From contig NC_092671.1 in NCBI RefSeq assembly GCF_964355755.1, positions 10,354,001 to 10,418,000 on the forward strand: a stretch of DNA of 64,000 nt, read 5' to 3'. The stretch's first letter is position 1. The number at the start of each line of letters is the position of its first letter. The DNA comes from Antedon mediterranea (lineage: Eukaryota; Animalia; Echinodermata). Below are positions 14,263-28,573 of the stretch, one piece after another. The notes beneath the pieces were generated by a model. The model had not been told where the DNA came from. It made no database searches and worked only from the letters and a program-made list of their open reading frames with translations. The position numbers were made by a program, and so were the translations under genes.

Positions 14263-16499
14263 AGTACAGTTTACAAATTTATAACTACATATTACTAATC
14301 CCCACTAAATCCCACTATATCCACAAATCATACGATGATCTTCTTAGTTGTTAAAATAAAAATCATGGTGTGGTATTTATTACATCACATGTTAGTTGTG
14401 TATAATCCTAGGATAGCTTGGGTTCATTTCAGCTTAACAGTAAAGATGGGCCTTGAATTTCTAACTTCATCGTATGCCACTATCTATACATTTTCTGTGC
14501 TTCATTCTACTATAAAAAGGTTACTAGTAATTTATTTAGTAAATCTATAGATATGAGAATGCTTATATAATAAGGTGGATTTAAATTTGTATTATATACC
14601 AACATTATCTTAATAAATGTAAATTTCTTTCATTTATTTAATAATTATTATGTAACAATTGTGGTTATCTGAACCTACAATCTAACAGTAATTGATATAA
14701 AAGTGAAAACTAAACTCATGATTTCGAAACAAAGTTTAATTATTAGGTATTTTATAATTATCATTGTTCACTTTAATATAATCTTTGTAAAGATCTAGTG
14801 TCAGAATAGAACACAAGGCCCTAAACATCATCAGGCTTTGGAAACTTTATTAGTCATTCCTGACGACATTTTTTCTTAATCCTCATCCTATTCCACCAAT
14901 GTCAGTAGAACTTAAATTGTTAAATTTAAGGCTGCATAAAGAACTGACATTTTTTAACCTAAAATTTTCTTAATAATTTTAAAATCTTATTTTTTGAATA
15001 TTTAACAACTGAGGAATGGTAATACAAGATAAAATCACAGATTTGTGATATATTTAAATCAATTGACAATTAAATGCATTAATGAACCTTCAAGAGTGGC
15101 ACAATCACCATTGACCTAAATAATTTTCTCCTCTATTAGGCATGTTTTCCATCTTGCTAAGCACAGTCAATGGTGTCTATTGGTTTCGGTGACCATACTT
15201 CCTTAGCATAACAAGTCTACCGTGTATAAAATGACAAGTCACAATCAGAATTCTGTACAACTGAGTATTGTAGTTGTACTGTAGTTGTAGCCTTCAAGAA
15301 GGTAATATAAATGTTCTTTTACAAAGTAGCCTAGGTTTTTGTTCCATCAATTTAACATTTCTGTAAAAAAATGACTACAGCATGTTTTGTCATTTATTAT
15401 ATTAATATCATTAATAACATTATTCTGTATTTTGTAATATTTGTAATTATTGTATTTGATTTGTTATACTTTTTGTGGTTTTTGTTTAATTGTCATTTAT
15501 GATAACATTGTCCCTTTAAACAGCTTTATTAAAACACTTTAAAATATGGTAAAAAAATATTATTGATGACCTTTCGAAAATTAAAAAAAAAATATATATA
15601 ATATAAAGTGGATATTATAACTGTTTATGATATAAACTTTAATGAGAATGTAATATTGTTTCATAAAATTGTAACATCATACCAGTTAGTCTTTCACAAA
15701 TTATATAATAAATGATATACAGTAGTTGAATGAATGTAGGTCAGAGTGACCTGTTGATTACATCTCGTCTATTGTTAACTTCCTTTTCAAACATAATTAA
15801 CGCCCACACATTTTAAATAATTGTCTAGTAGTTAAATATATAAAGACAATGAAAACAACACCTTTCTTATTACTGTCATATGTGTTGTGACTGGTAGTGG
15901 GATACGCGATTTATACAGTCGTAACTCAGCCTTTTCCTCACAGGTGGCATAGATGCATCACTGACCGCACAAGACGTCCAAGAAAGGGGGGATGTAACAG
16001 CATTTGTTGTCATAGAATGACCAACTCACATTGCAGGGAATATTCCAAGTTGATCTTGCTAGCAGATCTGGTTGATGCAGCCATGCTGCATAACCAGTTC
16101 TGACAGAGAACAATATCAGCATTGTAATAATTATTATTCCCCATTTATTCCTGGCACCGTTTGGTTAAAAAAGGGCTTTAGAATCAAGGAAATCCTGTTT
16201 CCTTTATCTAAATTTTGTAGGACACATTTTTCCTCTTCATGACATACACACACCTACCATGTTACTTTCCCAAGATATTGTTATGCTCTATTAACCATTA
16301 TGAAACAGTAAATTATTACATGTATCATCAGAAACATACTGTAGGCCTAATAAAACACCAAATTGATTTAGGCCTTACTGTTTACAGGTTATGCTGCCGT
16401 CCGTTACAGATGGGAGCCCAATTTGTGGTGATAATTTTCCGTTTTACACATACTGTACTAGGCCTATTTTTACACCTTTGCTGTCCTGCATTGTGTTGG

Positions 16500-16622
16500 G
16501 AAACTCAGTTATTTTTAAGGGTCGACTTATACTCGGGTTATAACAATTGTAACAATAATATGGGGCAAAGTTTGGGGGTCGATTCATCTTTAGGGTCAAC
16601 CTATACTGCGAGAAATATGGTA
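16500..16622. mobile_element. Tc1/pogo-type MITE terminus fragment
   Basis: Three GGGTCGAC-like subterminal motifs followed by TATACTGCGAGAAATATGG|TA; matching other end not identified. Confidence 0.45.
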
Positions 16623-19600
16623 ATACTTGGCAAATAAACAGACAATATTTGCAAGCATTTTGCCAAGTAATAATATGTAAACATTAATGAGGTCAGTCAA
16701 TTTGTAAAAGAGGTTTTTCAATATTAAAAGGCCTCACAAATTGATTGTTTATGTAATTGTAATAACGTAATAACTGTATTAATGTCCTATCTAAAAGATG
16801 AGGCAACAAACATGTTGTACATAAAAGACAAATGTACTAGTATTTTATTTCACTGATATCATTATCAAAATTAACCTTTTGAAAAACATTTAATTAAAAC
16901 TATCCAATCATTGCTATAAAAATTAACAATAAAGGAAAAGAATTATGCGATATATTAATAGACCATTGAGGAAGTTATACTTCATGAATGGACATTATCT
17001 CATGTAAGAATAAAATATCTTTTTATACAAAAATCAGGAATATATATAAGATTCGTTTTTTTGTAATTTATAATGCAGTAACCATCTCAAATCACATACG
17101 TACAATATCTTACAGCTACAGTACCAGCTACTAATTAGTACACCTGTGCTCCGAAAGATGCACTGGGTACTTTAATGTGCTCACAAGCTTCTTCCAGAAG
17201 ATCCATCATACAGTACTACTGTACAGTACTATTACTGTACATGGTACCGATTCTATTGATTGTGCTAGCATCGCCCCTACCCGGCGCCTCAACCCAAATT
17301 AAAAAGCTTGAGTATTGGTACTTACAAGATTGGTAATCTTGAATCATCTGAAATTGAGCCGGACTAATCTTATCCCATAGTAACATACTCATCTTTACTG
17401 TAAAATGTGTTAAAAACTTGAGTGAGTCCTTTCAATTGCTGCCCTTTACAGTATATATGAATATCCCGTGAAGTATTTGCAAGATTTGTGTTAATTGAAG
17501 GCAGGCACTAACCACCAGAATTGATCTGTAAAGAACACATAAATACCTATGAAATATCAAGCACAGATTATCTATTTTTTTTTTTTAATTTAAAATCGTC
17601 TATAAAAATAAAGAAACATCATGTAATTACCAGTGTGTAGGCGGTCTGTAATGACGTAAACTAGTGAAAATATCTGTATGTTTTATCGCCCACTTATATA
17701 TCTTATTCAGTGAAGTACGGAAGGGAAGTTATAGAATATTAGCATACACTTATGTTTAATAAAAGCCAGTTGATTTTATTAGTAAAGTTACAAGTGTATT
17801 GTCCAGGGAGATGCTAAGCTCTGGAGAATATGTTGGAATCTAAACCTAGGCTTAACACATAAATATATCTGTCACAATGCAATATGTTTGACAGGAATTA
17901 CATACAAAACATATGATTTGGAATTACAAAAAAACTGATAAAGTAAACAGCCCTTCACAATGATAGTTACAACTTATTAAATGATATGTATTATAACATT
18001 AATTTGGGAAAATAAAAACTAAAATATTACAAATGTTTTTATTGTACATTTAGAGTGAAATTGTGTATAATTTTACCAATGTGAAGTATTTCAAATATTA
18101 AAACTCATAAATGATCAAATACAATCATATAATTCAATTTTCAACATTTTCTTTAGTTAACACTAAATTAGTTAAGTTAAGCTGATTCGAATCCTGATCT
18201 TGGTTCCAAAGTCACTGTACATCTGCTAACTTTAACTCCGATACTGTATGTTTCAGAATGTAATATTAGAAAAGCGATAAAAATACCTTCGCACCTGATT
18301 ACAACAGGGGTACAGTGGGATGTACTTGTTACATTTGAATGCTACTAAAGCTAAACTGCAATAACCCGGACACTAGTAAGTTAGTAACCACAATTTAACT
18401 CGAAAGAGAAAAGAGCTTGTAAAGATTGCTAAATCATGTACAGTACCATCAAAATGTGAATGTGCATGTTTGCATTAAATGTCAATAGTTTCTTCTCTGA
18501 TTACACTGTCCAATCTATATTTTATTCAATAGCAATATTATTTACATTCACATCCTATTAAGACTGGTTAACGTTTTGATGGTTCATGAACCTAAGGAAA
18601 ATATTCACGCTTATGGGTGAAACAGCATCAAAAGTATAGGCTGAGAAATAATAATGAAAAGGAACCAATTTCCAATAAAATGGCATTCCAAATAGTTACA
18701 AACCAACTACAATATATGACTGTACTATACTGTATATGTACAGGTATCATAATAATACCAAAAAGTAGTTTTATATTTATGAGGGAGCTTGCACCCCTGC
18801 TGTCACTCCTTCGTTCCACCCAATACAACCCTTAAAATAAAGTAAATTTTAATTTTAAACCAATACAGTCAATTTAGGCCTAAAACTGAGCACCATATGC
18901 AGATTGTCTCCATTCAAGTGGATACAGTATAAATTTATACACGCTACTGTAACCAGCATTTACAGCGATCTTCCACACACAATAGCATTGAGTGTATAAT
19001 CAGTGTAAACTCAACATTAAATGTTGTGTGGGTTGTAATCGTGTGTCATTAATTTCTTTAAAATGAAATGTACCATGAAATACTATAGCAAGAGCTAACT
19101 TCGATTTAACACAACTTTAATATTCCATCTGGCAGACAAATTATCATTTGTCTCTATTTGATATTTATAGAAGCGTTTATTATAGATACTAAAAAATGAC
19201 ATTCATAAACAAAAAAGAGAATTTGAACTACGACATTAAGGTGGATGTTGCAATTGTGACCTCATTCACAAGGAATCAATGAGGCATAAAGGAATACCCA
19301 TTTACCTAATCTATGTTTGTCAGACTTTCATTTTAAATTTAGCATATTAAAGAAGATTCAAGGCCTATAAAGTGCATCACTATATCAGGACTACAACATA
19401 ATATGCTTAAACTACATACTTTGCAACATATGTTTCTTAACTTGATAGTAATTATCAAATAAAATGTGAAATTTAAATTTAACAAAAAACAAATGGCATT
19501 CATTGATTTCTATAAATTAAAACTCTGACGCCATTTTATTTAGTGTTTACCAGTTGGAATTGCAGAAATTTACAAAAATATATAGTACATAAAAGCAACC

Positions 19601-19734
19601 TCCTCTTTACAAAAAATCAATGATGATGGTGGTACTGTATGTTGAAATGCTCCCACTAAATAGTGTGATTTACAGACTATATCATTATCCAATAGAGGTA
19701 TTTGAAGTATCCTCTTTTCGGAGGATTGACCATT

Positions 19735-20638
19735 GGGTCTGTTTCTGCTGAAAAAATCAAAATAATCGATTTTTTCCAGTCACCGCAAACCACAAAAATA
19801 ATCGCGTTGCAAGTGAAAAATGCTACGACTTTAATCGGTTATTCAGGTAATCGGTTTTTAAAATCACGTCATCATTCCCCCACAGCGCAGTTCAAGTTAT
19901 GAAGGGCCGATGAGAGTTGGTTTGTTTACATCCTATCGCTGCCTAAAACTCTCACATGTAGGATTAAAAATTACTTTTACGTAAAGCTATTATTTGTAAA
20001 ATAAACATCTAGGCCTACTACCGTATCACATACAACAGAATAATGATGTTATATTAATAAGGACACGTCGGCGAGAAAAGTTTGTTTCGCCGTTCGTTGG
20101 TTCTACCTCCGGCCTGCTAGGCCTATAATAGGCTATATATTTCTACCGAAACAAGTCAACAGACAACAGGCCTAAAAAAGGACATGTAAAACATTGTTAG
20201 CCTGGACTAGTGGGATGTAACGGTGTACTTGTAACACAGAATCATGGAGTCTCTCGGTATAATTCTCCCCCACAAAATAATAAAAATCAAATGTTAACAT
20301 TTGATTGTTATTTGGTCTACATCGCGATCGTTGTTTTGCTGATCGTCGTTGATATCGCGCAAATAAACAGCATGCTTTGTGTGACGTGAATGAGTTTGCC
20401 ATACTCTAGAGGTCAGAGTTGAGTCAATAATCGCTATTTGTGTTGCAGCTCAAAACTGCTCCGCAATAATCGGTTAAAACCAGAAATTATCAATTAAAAC
20501 ACGCAATGGATTGAGAGTTTGTAATCGGTTATTTTTAATCAGTTATTTTATTTTGCGCCGTTTCTGATGCCCAAAAATAATTGATTAAAAAAATAAACAG
20601 TTAATAATCGATTATTTCTGCTCAGCAGAAACAGGCCC
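19735..20638. mobile_element. Non-autonomous DNA transposon, 904 bp, PIF/Harbinger-like
   Basis: 17-bp TIR GGGTCTGTTTCTGCTGA / TCAGCAGAAACAGGCCC, 3-bp TSD ATT, subterminal AATCG(A/G)TT repeats; related terminus at ~33898. Confidence 0.88.
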
Positions 20639-23600
20639 ATTGTTATTTTATCCAGGTAAGTGACACTCGAAAACTACAGTATTCTGTTTACAGTATGTTA
20701 CTTGACTTATGTACCCACACATAATGCACTTTCTACTGCAGTGCTACAGATGTACATGAGAAATGGAAGGAGACATTCCATGCAAACTGATAATTTATCA
20801 TTTAAAATTCATTCATTCAGATTTCAATATGGATTTTTTCAGACAAATTTTTGTCTGAATTACAATTTGAATATTGAAATAATCACTTTGTTGTGCAACA
20901 CATAAATAGTTGACAAGCAGAGAACATTAATGTCCTCTTGCATACATAAAGCGATATCAACCTACAATATCACATAATTACATCTTCATCATATTCTCAT
21001 ACTCATCATAATAGATAATGCCATTCTGTTTCTATTAATATAAGACATTCATTAAAGTATATACTTTAAAGGAAATGATAAAAATTAGTCTGCATTGAAA
21101 CCAAATGTCCAACTCAAAGCAAATGTTACACAAAGTACTTAATATTCTCTTTCACTCAATTAACACATATGATAGATGGGTTTTAAAGTTACTTACAAAC
21201 TTACTTACGTCACTGTAGAAAAATGCATTAGATGTTTATTAATTGGCATACAAGTAGTACTACTTATACAATAAAGGTCGAACATTTTAATTAATACATA
21301 TTTGAAAATTTAAAAAAAATTATGCATACTGTACGTTCTAGGTAATGCTTGCACTGTTGATACTAACCACAGCCAGAATCAAACCAATAACCATGGCCAA
21401 GACATTCCACCATTTATTATACATTTGTCTATAAATCTAATTATGCTCAACAATTATTATTTACTTATATAATGTAGGCTTCTCAAATTAATTTCATAAT
21501 TCAGCCTAATTACAGTACAGAAATGCATAAAACTAGGCAAAATTAAGCTTTGCCTAAAATTATTGGAAATCCACAGCAAACCATGGTACACATCAATGGC
21601 CAAAACCTTTCGTTTTCTTCAGTACAGTAGCAACGCGTCTGCTTATGCAAAAACACTGTTTGATGCTGCAATGCATAATACTGAAATTGATTTTTATCAA
21701 GTTGAGAACTCTGCTTATAAATTGATAACAAAATAATTAATACTTTTTAATATCAATTTTACTAACAATAACCTACAAAAACATTAATTTTGTTCAGTTA
21801 CATTTTGTAAAGCAAATTCTTACGGTTGGCAAATACGATAAGCATTACAAATATGACTACAATGTCAAGAATTAAGCCTAGCTAACACAAAATCCATCTC
21901 ACTCAAATTACAGCAATATTTCTTAATGATAAAATGGTTACACCAACTGTGAAAAAATCATATTGAAAACTGCAATTATCATATGAAAACAACCCTATGA
22001 CAACATACCGAATCCGTCAGAGGCTAGCATCACTGTGTAATAAAAAGCATTATGTAAAACAACGCTCGCCTAAGACCCTTCACATGATAATATCCGAGAC
22101 TTTCCACAACATAAACAACTCTAATTAAATTCTGAACATTGTGGCTGTCTGCTTCTGACCATTTACAATTTGTGGAAGGTAGTATGATGATGATACAAGC
22201 ATAGACGTGAAGCATACAGCTGATTTAGGCAATACTCTACAGCTTAATAATGCAATGAAGACCTTTTTATATTCTATTAGGCAAAACATAATTGCATTAC
22301 CTCAAACAGAACTTCCTGCTGTGGGTAGTAAGTCCTGCATAATCCCAATTATAAGTAGCCAGAAGAGCGCAATAGCTTTCAAGGTGTACTCGTTTCTATG
22401 TCACATTCATAATATAGCAAGAAAACCAGTGAAAACCTGCTTCCTGAACATTGTCAATCTGTTTTCAGTCAACCGATAAGATAATGTGATAATGTAAATA
22501 TAAATGAATACTTCTGCTTTAAAACTATGCATACAATTTGGTTCATATTTAAATTATGGTTGATTAATGATTTTATACACTTTGTGCTTTTAGCTACAGT
22601 ATAAATATATTAATACTAAATTATAAAAATATACATATGAATACGATGCATTTTATAAAGTGGCTTTATCATATAAAAAAGAAAGATATATATGAAACAA
22701 ATTGCTGTTTCAGTGCTCAGCTACAACAATTAAGAGTTACCAAAGATCGTAATAATCTGCTTAGATATTAACCGAGGTCTAATCTAATTAGTTTTAATTA
22801 ACTATAGTTCATATTAAAGTACAATTATAATGTATTAACTGATTTACATATATCAATAAGCAAGATAATTGCTAAACTTTTTAATTATTTTATTGTATAA
22901 ACCACCTTCAGCCCATTTTTTGTAATTATTAATAAACTAAACAATTCAATAATGATCTTGTTATACACATGAGTAACCTACAGTATGCCAAAATTCATAT
23001 TTGTCAGAGAAAAAAATGTATAAAATATTCTCAAACATAATTACAACACACATCCTGGTCACCAGGTTTTATTTTATAATGAGAATGATCGTAATCGCTG
23101 TTGTGCTGTAGATATTTATCCGACATGATGTAATACATAAAGAAAGCTTAACCTTTAACCTTTAAACTTAGTTTCTTTGGTCTATGGTCACAATATACTA
23201 GGTCAAAATGTACAATAATGTTTGTTACACAGTGCAATGTTATACTGTAGTGGGATCATAGAAAGGATTGATACACAGAAGTTTAATTTTTCTCACCAAG
23301 GGGAAATGCCGACTGGAATACGATTATTAAACAATAACTGGAGACTTGGGGAAGCTATGATGTGCATGATGGACATACCTGACGTATTAGATAATACTTA
23401 AATGATGCGTCATAGAATTGTATGAATTTTAGCACTTCCTCAACATGAACAAACAAAAGATAATAGTTTGAGTTATTGTTTAACTTTATTATTTGTAGTA
23501 ATACGCTTGATGTATGACTGTGTACTGAGATTTCAAGTATTATCAATAATAATATGAGGATGATTGACGTTAACAATGACAATTAGAGAATCACTCTGGC

Positions 23601-23687
23601 ACAACAGAATTTACAAGACCACAACATCATGATGTTATATTATGGCCTACTGTATGCTTTGAAGTGTGTAGTGAGTGAGTGAGAGTG

Positions 23688-24045
23688 AGTGAGTATGGCC
23701 GAGCGGTTAAGACATTGGAACCGAAATCCATAGACATAACATTGGCAAGGGTTCGAGGCTCACTCGCTCCATGGTTCTGGTGGTATAACAAGTGTTTGCG
23801 GATAAGGACTATAAACAGTAGGTCCAGTGTACATCTGGCTCATGTGCACTTTAAAGAACCTAGTAAATCTTTCGAGGCGAGTAGGGGCCGTTACCCCAGT
23901 GTACTAGTTCATTCATACACACACACTGTCGTGGACAGACGTATTGGCGCCGTAGTTGGCTGCCGATGACACAATGGGACCCTTAGTGGATCAGTAGCCT
24001 TCAACTATGAAGTTTGCTCCTTAAAATAGAAGAAGAAGAAGAATA
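23688..24045 (+). mobile_element. tRNA-derived SINE
   Basis: A box TGGCCGAGCGG, B box GGTTCGAG, core GGATAAGGACTATAAACAGTAGGTCC...GTGCACTTTAAAGAACC, (GAA)n tail; related 3' part at 49205-49338. Confidence 0.85.
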
Positions 24046-24914
24046 AACTAAAAAGTTCATATAATATATTCATAATGAGATTTAAAACACCTGGTTTTCA
24101 AAATATATTGCATTGCTACAAACAGATACAGTATAGTTTGCAATAAAATTATCTCCATTTTCTTACAAACACATCAGTGCTGATGCCATGAGAAATAAAG
24201 TGGGTTGCTGCAACAAGATGGAACAATCCCCTGTGCGGTCCACAGGGTTCTCAAAGGCCCGTCAAAAAGTGGTCAGGTTGAAACCTCACCAACCATAAAG
24301 TCGGTGGTGCCACTTATTTTGTAGATTTTACTGACAAAGATCATACTTATCCGGCAAGTGTACAGGTCACCAAACAGAAGTGATGGTAAGGTAGGTGTAA
24401 CTAGTGAGCTCATGATGATTTGTCCCCTTTTGTGGAAAAAAAAGAATTCCCTGTAAAAATACTCGCCATGGGCTTCCAATACTACAGAAATCTACTAAGA
24501 AAAGTTACAGTACTATCAATAATTTTAATAAAAATAGTTTTCTTAAACTTAACAATTTAAAATTATATGTTAATCAAACAATAACATTAAGATGAACATA
24601 AATAGAATTTGATTGGCATGTTTTCATCATTTGGTGTCATCAAATAAACCACAGTAGGCAATACACTGTTCAATTAATTATAGAAAGCGATGAATCCTAC
24701 GATGGTATGTGTTTACACATCAGACACCCACGCACTTTATTTAATTATAATCAGACGAAGAAGATTTGATAAATCAATCAATCAAAATTTATTCTTCAAT
24801 AATACGATTAAAAATTATTTGGAACAAACTCTACATTGCCTGGAAAGCCAATAATAGTACAAATAGTAAACTATTATTAATATCAAACAATTTATTAGAA
24901 AATTGTAAATACTT

Positions 24915-25095
24915 TTAATACTGCCCTGGATATAGATATTTATTAAAATTACCCTGGACATAATGATTGTCATTTATACTGCCCTGGATGTAAACAGTTA
25001 TCCTTTAAGGCTATCCTGGAGATAAATATTAATCTTTTAAGAATAACCTGGATATAAAATACAGTACTAATCATTTATTCCTGCCCTGGATGTTT
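24915..25095. repeat. Degenerate tandem repeat of about 30-40 bp with CCTGGA core
   Basis: Six CCTGGA cores, several as (A)CTGCCCTGGAT, regularly spaced. Confidence 0.65.
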
Positions 25096-27823
25096 GTTTG
25101 TTCCGAATAAATAAATTAATAAAAGTGAAATTACAATGTTTGTATTGTATGCAATTTTCAAATACGAAACAGGAATTATAACCATAAAAGTATTATTTTG
25201 TTTAATGATTTCATTAGGGGTTTTTTTCAAAATTAGTAAACACTCAAGTGTGCCTGGGTATTTTTTTTATAAAGGATCAGCAACAAGTGATGTAGCGCCC
25301 TATTAATATTAAAGTGACATTCCATCAATTGTTAGAACTACATACAAAACTTGATATTAATTAATCCAGCTTATATTGATGCAACATTCATTCATCATAT
25401 CATTATGAATAATGTTTACTACACAAACTAACTAAACAAATGCATTACATATTCATTGAAAGTGTATCAGTTTGGGATTATATTGTCCAAAACTAATTTT
25501 ACGTGCTGGAAAATAAATTAGCTTTGAAATTATGTTTCAGGGGGATATATTAGCTATTGCAATACAAAAAGCTGATTAGTGGTAAAGCAAAGAATGTTTT
25601 TAATAGTAGATTGGTTGAAATTAATGAGTTAACTTTAGTCATCATTTCTTAATATTCAAATAGTTACACATTACAATATAATGTAGCCAGAATTACCATA
25701 TAGATTAAAAAAATAAATAATCCAAATTTGGCCAACAAAACTATTAAAAAAAATAATAATGTAGACTTCACTTAGGTATAAATACATGTTACATAATATC
25801 AGACATAACTTATTGTATAATTATGAGATAATTTACTTTAAAATATTAAAATTCATTTCCATCTCAATGTGGTAACATTAATTGGACCAAGTGGTAACCT
25901 AATTAGTTAATTTGAAATCCAATGAACATTTTTACATGCATATTATTGTTTGATATCTATTAAATTGTAATTATCAGTAATTATATTAGCCAGATAAACT
26001 GTACTGTACTGTAATGTGACTTCTGTTAAATACTTTACTGTAGATGACTGCTGTAAGTACCATACCAAAACCAATTTTATCATAAAGATAACTTTCTAAT
26101 GTCTTGTTTTTGTTTTATCATCCCGTTTACTACATTTTAACAAGTTAAAATTAATTTAAAAACAAGCACATTAATTAAGTTCTGATGTGAAGTTTATTAT
26201 CAATGTATGATGTAGAAAAACCCACATTATCTAATAAAGAAAATGTTGGTTTTACATAAACAACATTAATAATTACCTAAAAGAAACAATGACGTTTCAT
26301 GCAGTCACCTATGAAATAACCTTAACTATATCTTACTGTGTGAATCTATAGTTGACGGTAAATTAATGTATTTTCTCCTAAGGTGTTTCTTAAAATAGAC
26401 AAGACAAACCAAGACTGTGTGCATCTTTAATTGGGGTCGTAACTAGGTCTTATTATGCACTGGTATGCGGTGTAATTACTGATGCAGGTTTGTTCATTGA
26501 GAATAAATACCAACATACTATTATCTCTCTTGTTTTTATAGACAAACTGGGCAACAATTTCACGAATACTGTATGGGTACATGGAAAATAAACATGAAAT
26601 GATTTTTTCCACTATCATAATATTTAACTTAATTACAGACAAGAAGTCCACTATTTGCAATTTATATACTGTAGTTGTCACTGTGCAATAAAGGTATACT
26701 ACATCCAGGTTAAAATGAGATTCATGTCTTTCAGTACATAAAGGCCACTATTCAAGAATATTTTTGATTTATATTGAAGATGGTTTAAAAATAGATATAC
26801 ATAAAAGTAAATCATACTTAATTTGTCCTTTTGTTTGGGATGGTAGACAGTGAAGATGGTTATTTACTAGTATTTCAGGAAATTATAAGTGCTCACAAGT
26901 GCATGCCTAACTACTGTTTTAGCTTGAGAACACATCAGTCGTAAATGATTGAAATTTTATATAGTGGTCTTACTTGCACATACACCCGGATGATGGCACA
27001 TTTTCCATTGGCCAAACTAACTATAAGCCGACAATAGGCATAAAGTAGGCCTATATTTAGTTTAGTCAGTGGAAAATGTGCTAGTATACTAGTACAAACC
27101 CAGTATTAGGAGGAAACCTTCAGGATCATCCAAAGTGTCCCCTGGGTAGAGGTTGGCCATAGTGTCAAAACATATATTGTCCTCCAAATAGTGGTGCTTC
27201 TTAGGGTGTACAGTATGCTACTCTATATGATGAAGATGGAATATTAATTTAATATAAATTTGGGCCTGAACAATTTTTTTTTTAAATTCAGGTTTATTTA
27301 TTTTTTTTTCAATGAAAGCTACTGTACACTACTGAATTAATTTCAAATACCATATGCCAGCTGCATTTCGAAATTCATGTACAATATATCTAAATAAATG
27401 TAACATTTTCTAGCTTTTCTTTTTAGTGTCCATCATGGGCTTTAACACATACTGTACTTAAAATCTGTTATTCAAAAAAGCAACTGACTGCTTCTTCAGA
27501 TTGATATGGTAATGTTATTCAAACACATATCTAAGGGTACTTAAACTAAGAATGTCAACTATATATACGTTGTATTTGGAAACATTCTGTAATCAATAAG
27601 GAGACATTTGGTTGAGGGTCAGTGAAATGTTAAGTGCATTGAAATCACCAGTAATGTTTGATGCTGATGGATATCATATTTACATAGCAACTGATGGTAT
27701 AAAGTCAATGTTACAGCTAAGTGGCGTCTTCCAATAAACTCAATTTCTTTTCTTTACAATTTCATTTTCTTTCTCGTAATGTAAGCCTGAGTGATTTAGG
27801 TTTAGGGCAACAACAAAAATAGT

Positions 27824-28082
27824 TTTATTTTATTTATTTATTTTATTTATTTTATACTCATCCAACAGCGAGTAACCCGCCAATTACAGGATGGATAAAC
27901 TATTTAAAATTTCACAAGACAAACATATACACAAGATGCTCTACATAAACAAAGACTTATTATTAAGTCTTTGGGAGTGGAGTTGTAAATTGTCATGAGA
28001 AAAAACCCTGACATATGACAGGACTTGAACCCAGGACCCTTAGATTGGTAGCCAAGCATCATAACCACCAAGCCACAGCTCC
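27824..28082 (-). mobile_element. tRNA-derived SINE, second family
   Basis: Minus strand GGAGCTGTGGCTTGGTGGTTATGATGCTTGGCTACCAATCTAAGGGTCCTGGGTTCAAGTCC (A and B boxes); A-rich (AAAT)n tail. Confidence 0.8.
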
Positions 28083-28573
28083 AATCCACAGTTCGAGCTG
28101 CATACTATTTTTTCTAATGTACAGTCAGTATTTAAAATCTTTTTTTATTTAAATGATCAATTTTGGTCTGTCAATTCGGATCTGTCATACCGAATTTGAA
28201 ACGGATCTCCTTGATTGATGTTGGAAGCAAAACATGTCTGTCAAACCGATTTTGGCAACCACAACAGGTTTTGGATACCAAAACGGGTGGTAATACTGAA
28301 GAGGCAATGATGTTCAATGTTTATAACATATTATTAACAATTTTTTTTTGGCTTTACATATTATGGACATGGTATTTCAGAAGCTCACTGAGCTCCATAC
28401 TGTAATCGAAGTTTACTAGACCACATGCAATTTTGTATAAACTAACGTTACAATAATAAATTTACACTGGCACTTAGTAATAATTTTGTAACTATAGCCT
28501 AACATAAATTTGGAATCAATTGGTTGCTCAAAGTGTTGAACATTACTTTATGCTGTACTAGGGTTATATGCTT

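Noticed and set aside
21209-21212. Possible 4-nt microexon (TTCTACAG|TGAC|GTAAGT, minus strand)
   Set aside because: Cannot be distinguished from chance without transcript data
23688-23780. tRNA gene (also 28015-28082)
   Set aside because: A/B boxes are present but the cloverleaf is not intact and each continues into a SINE body and tail
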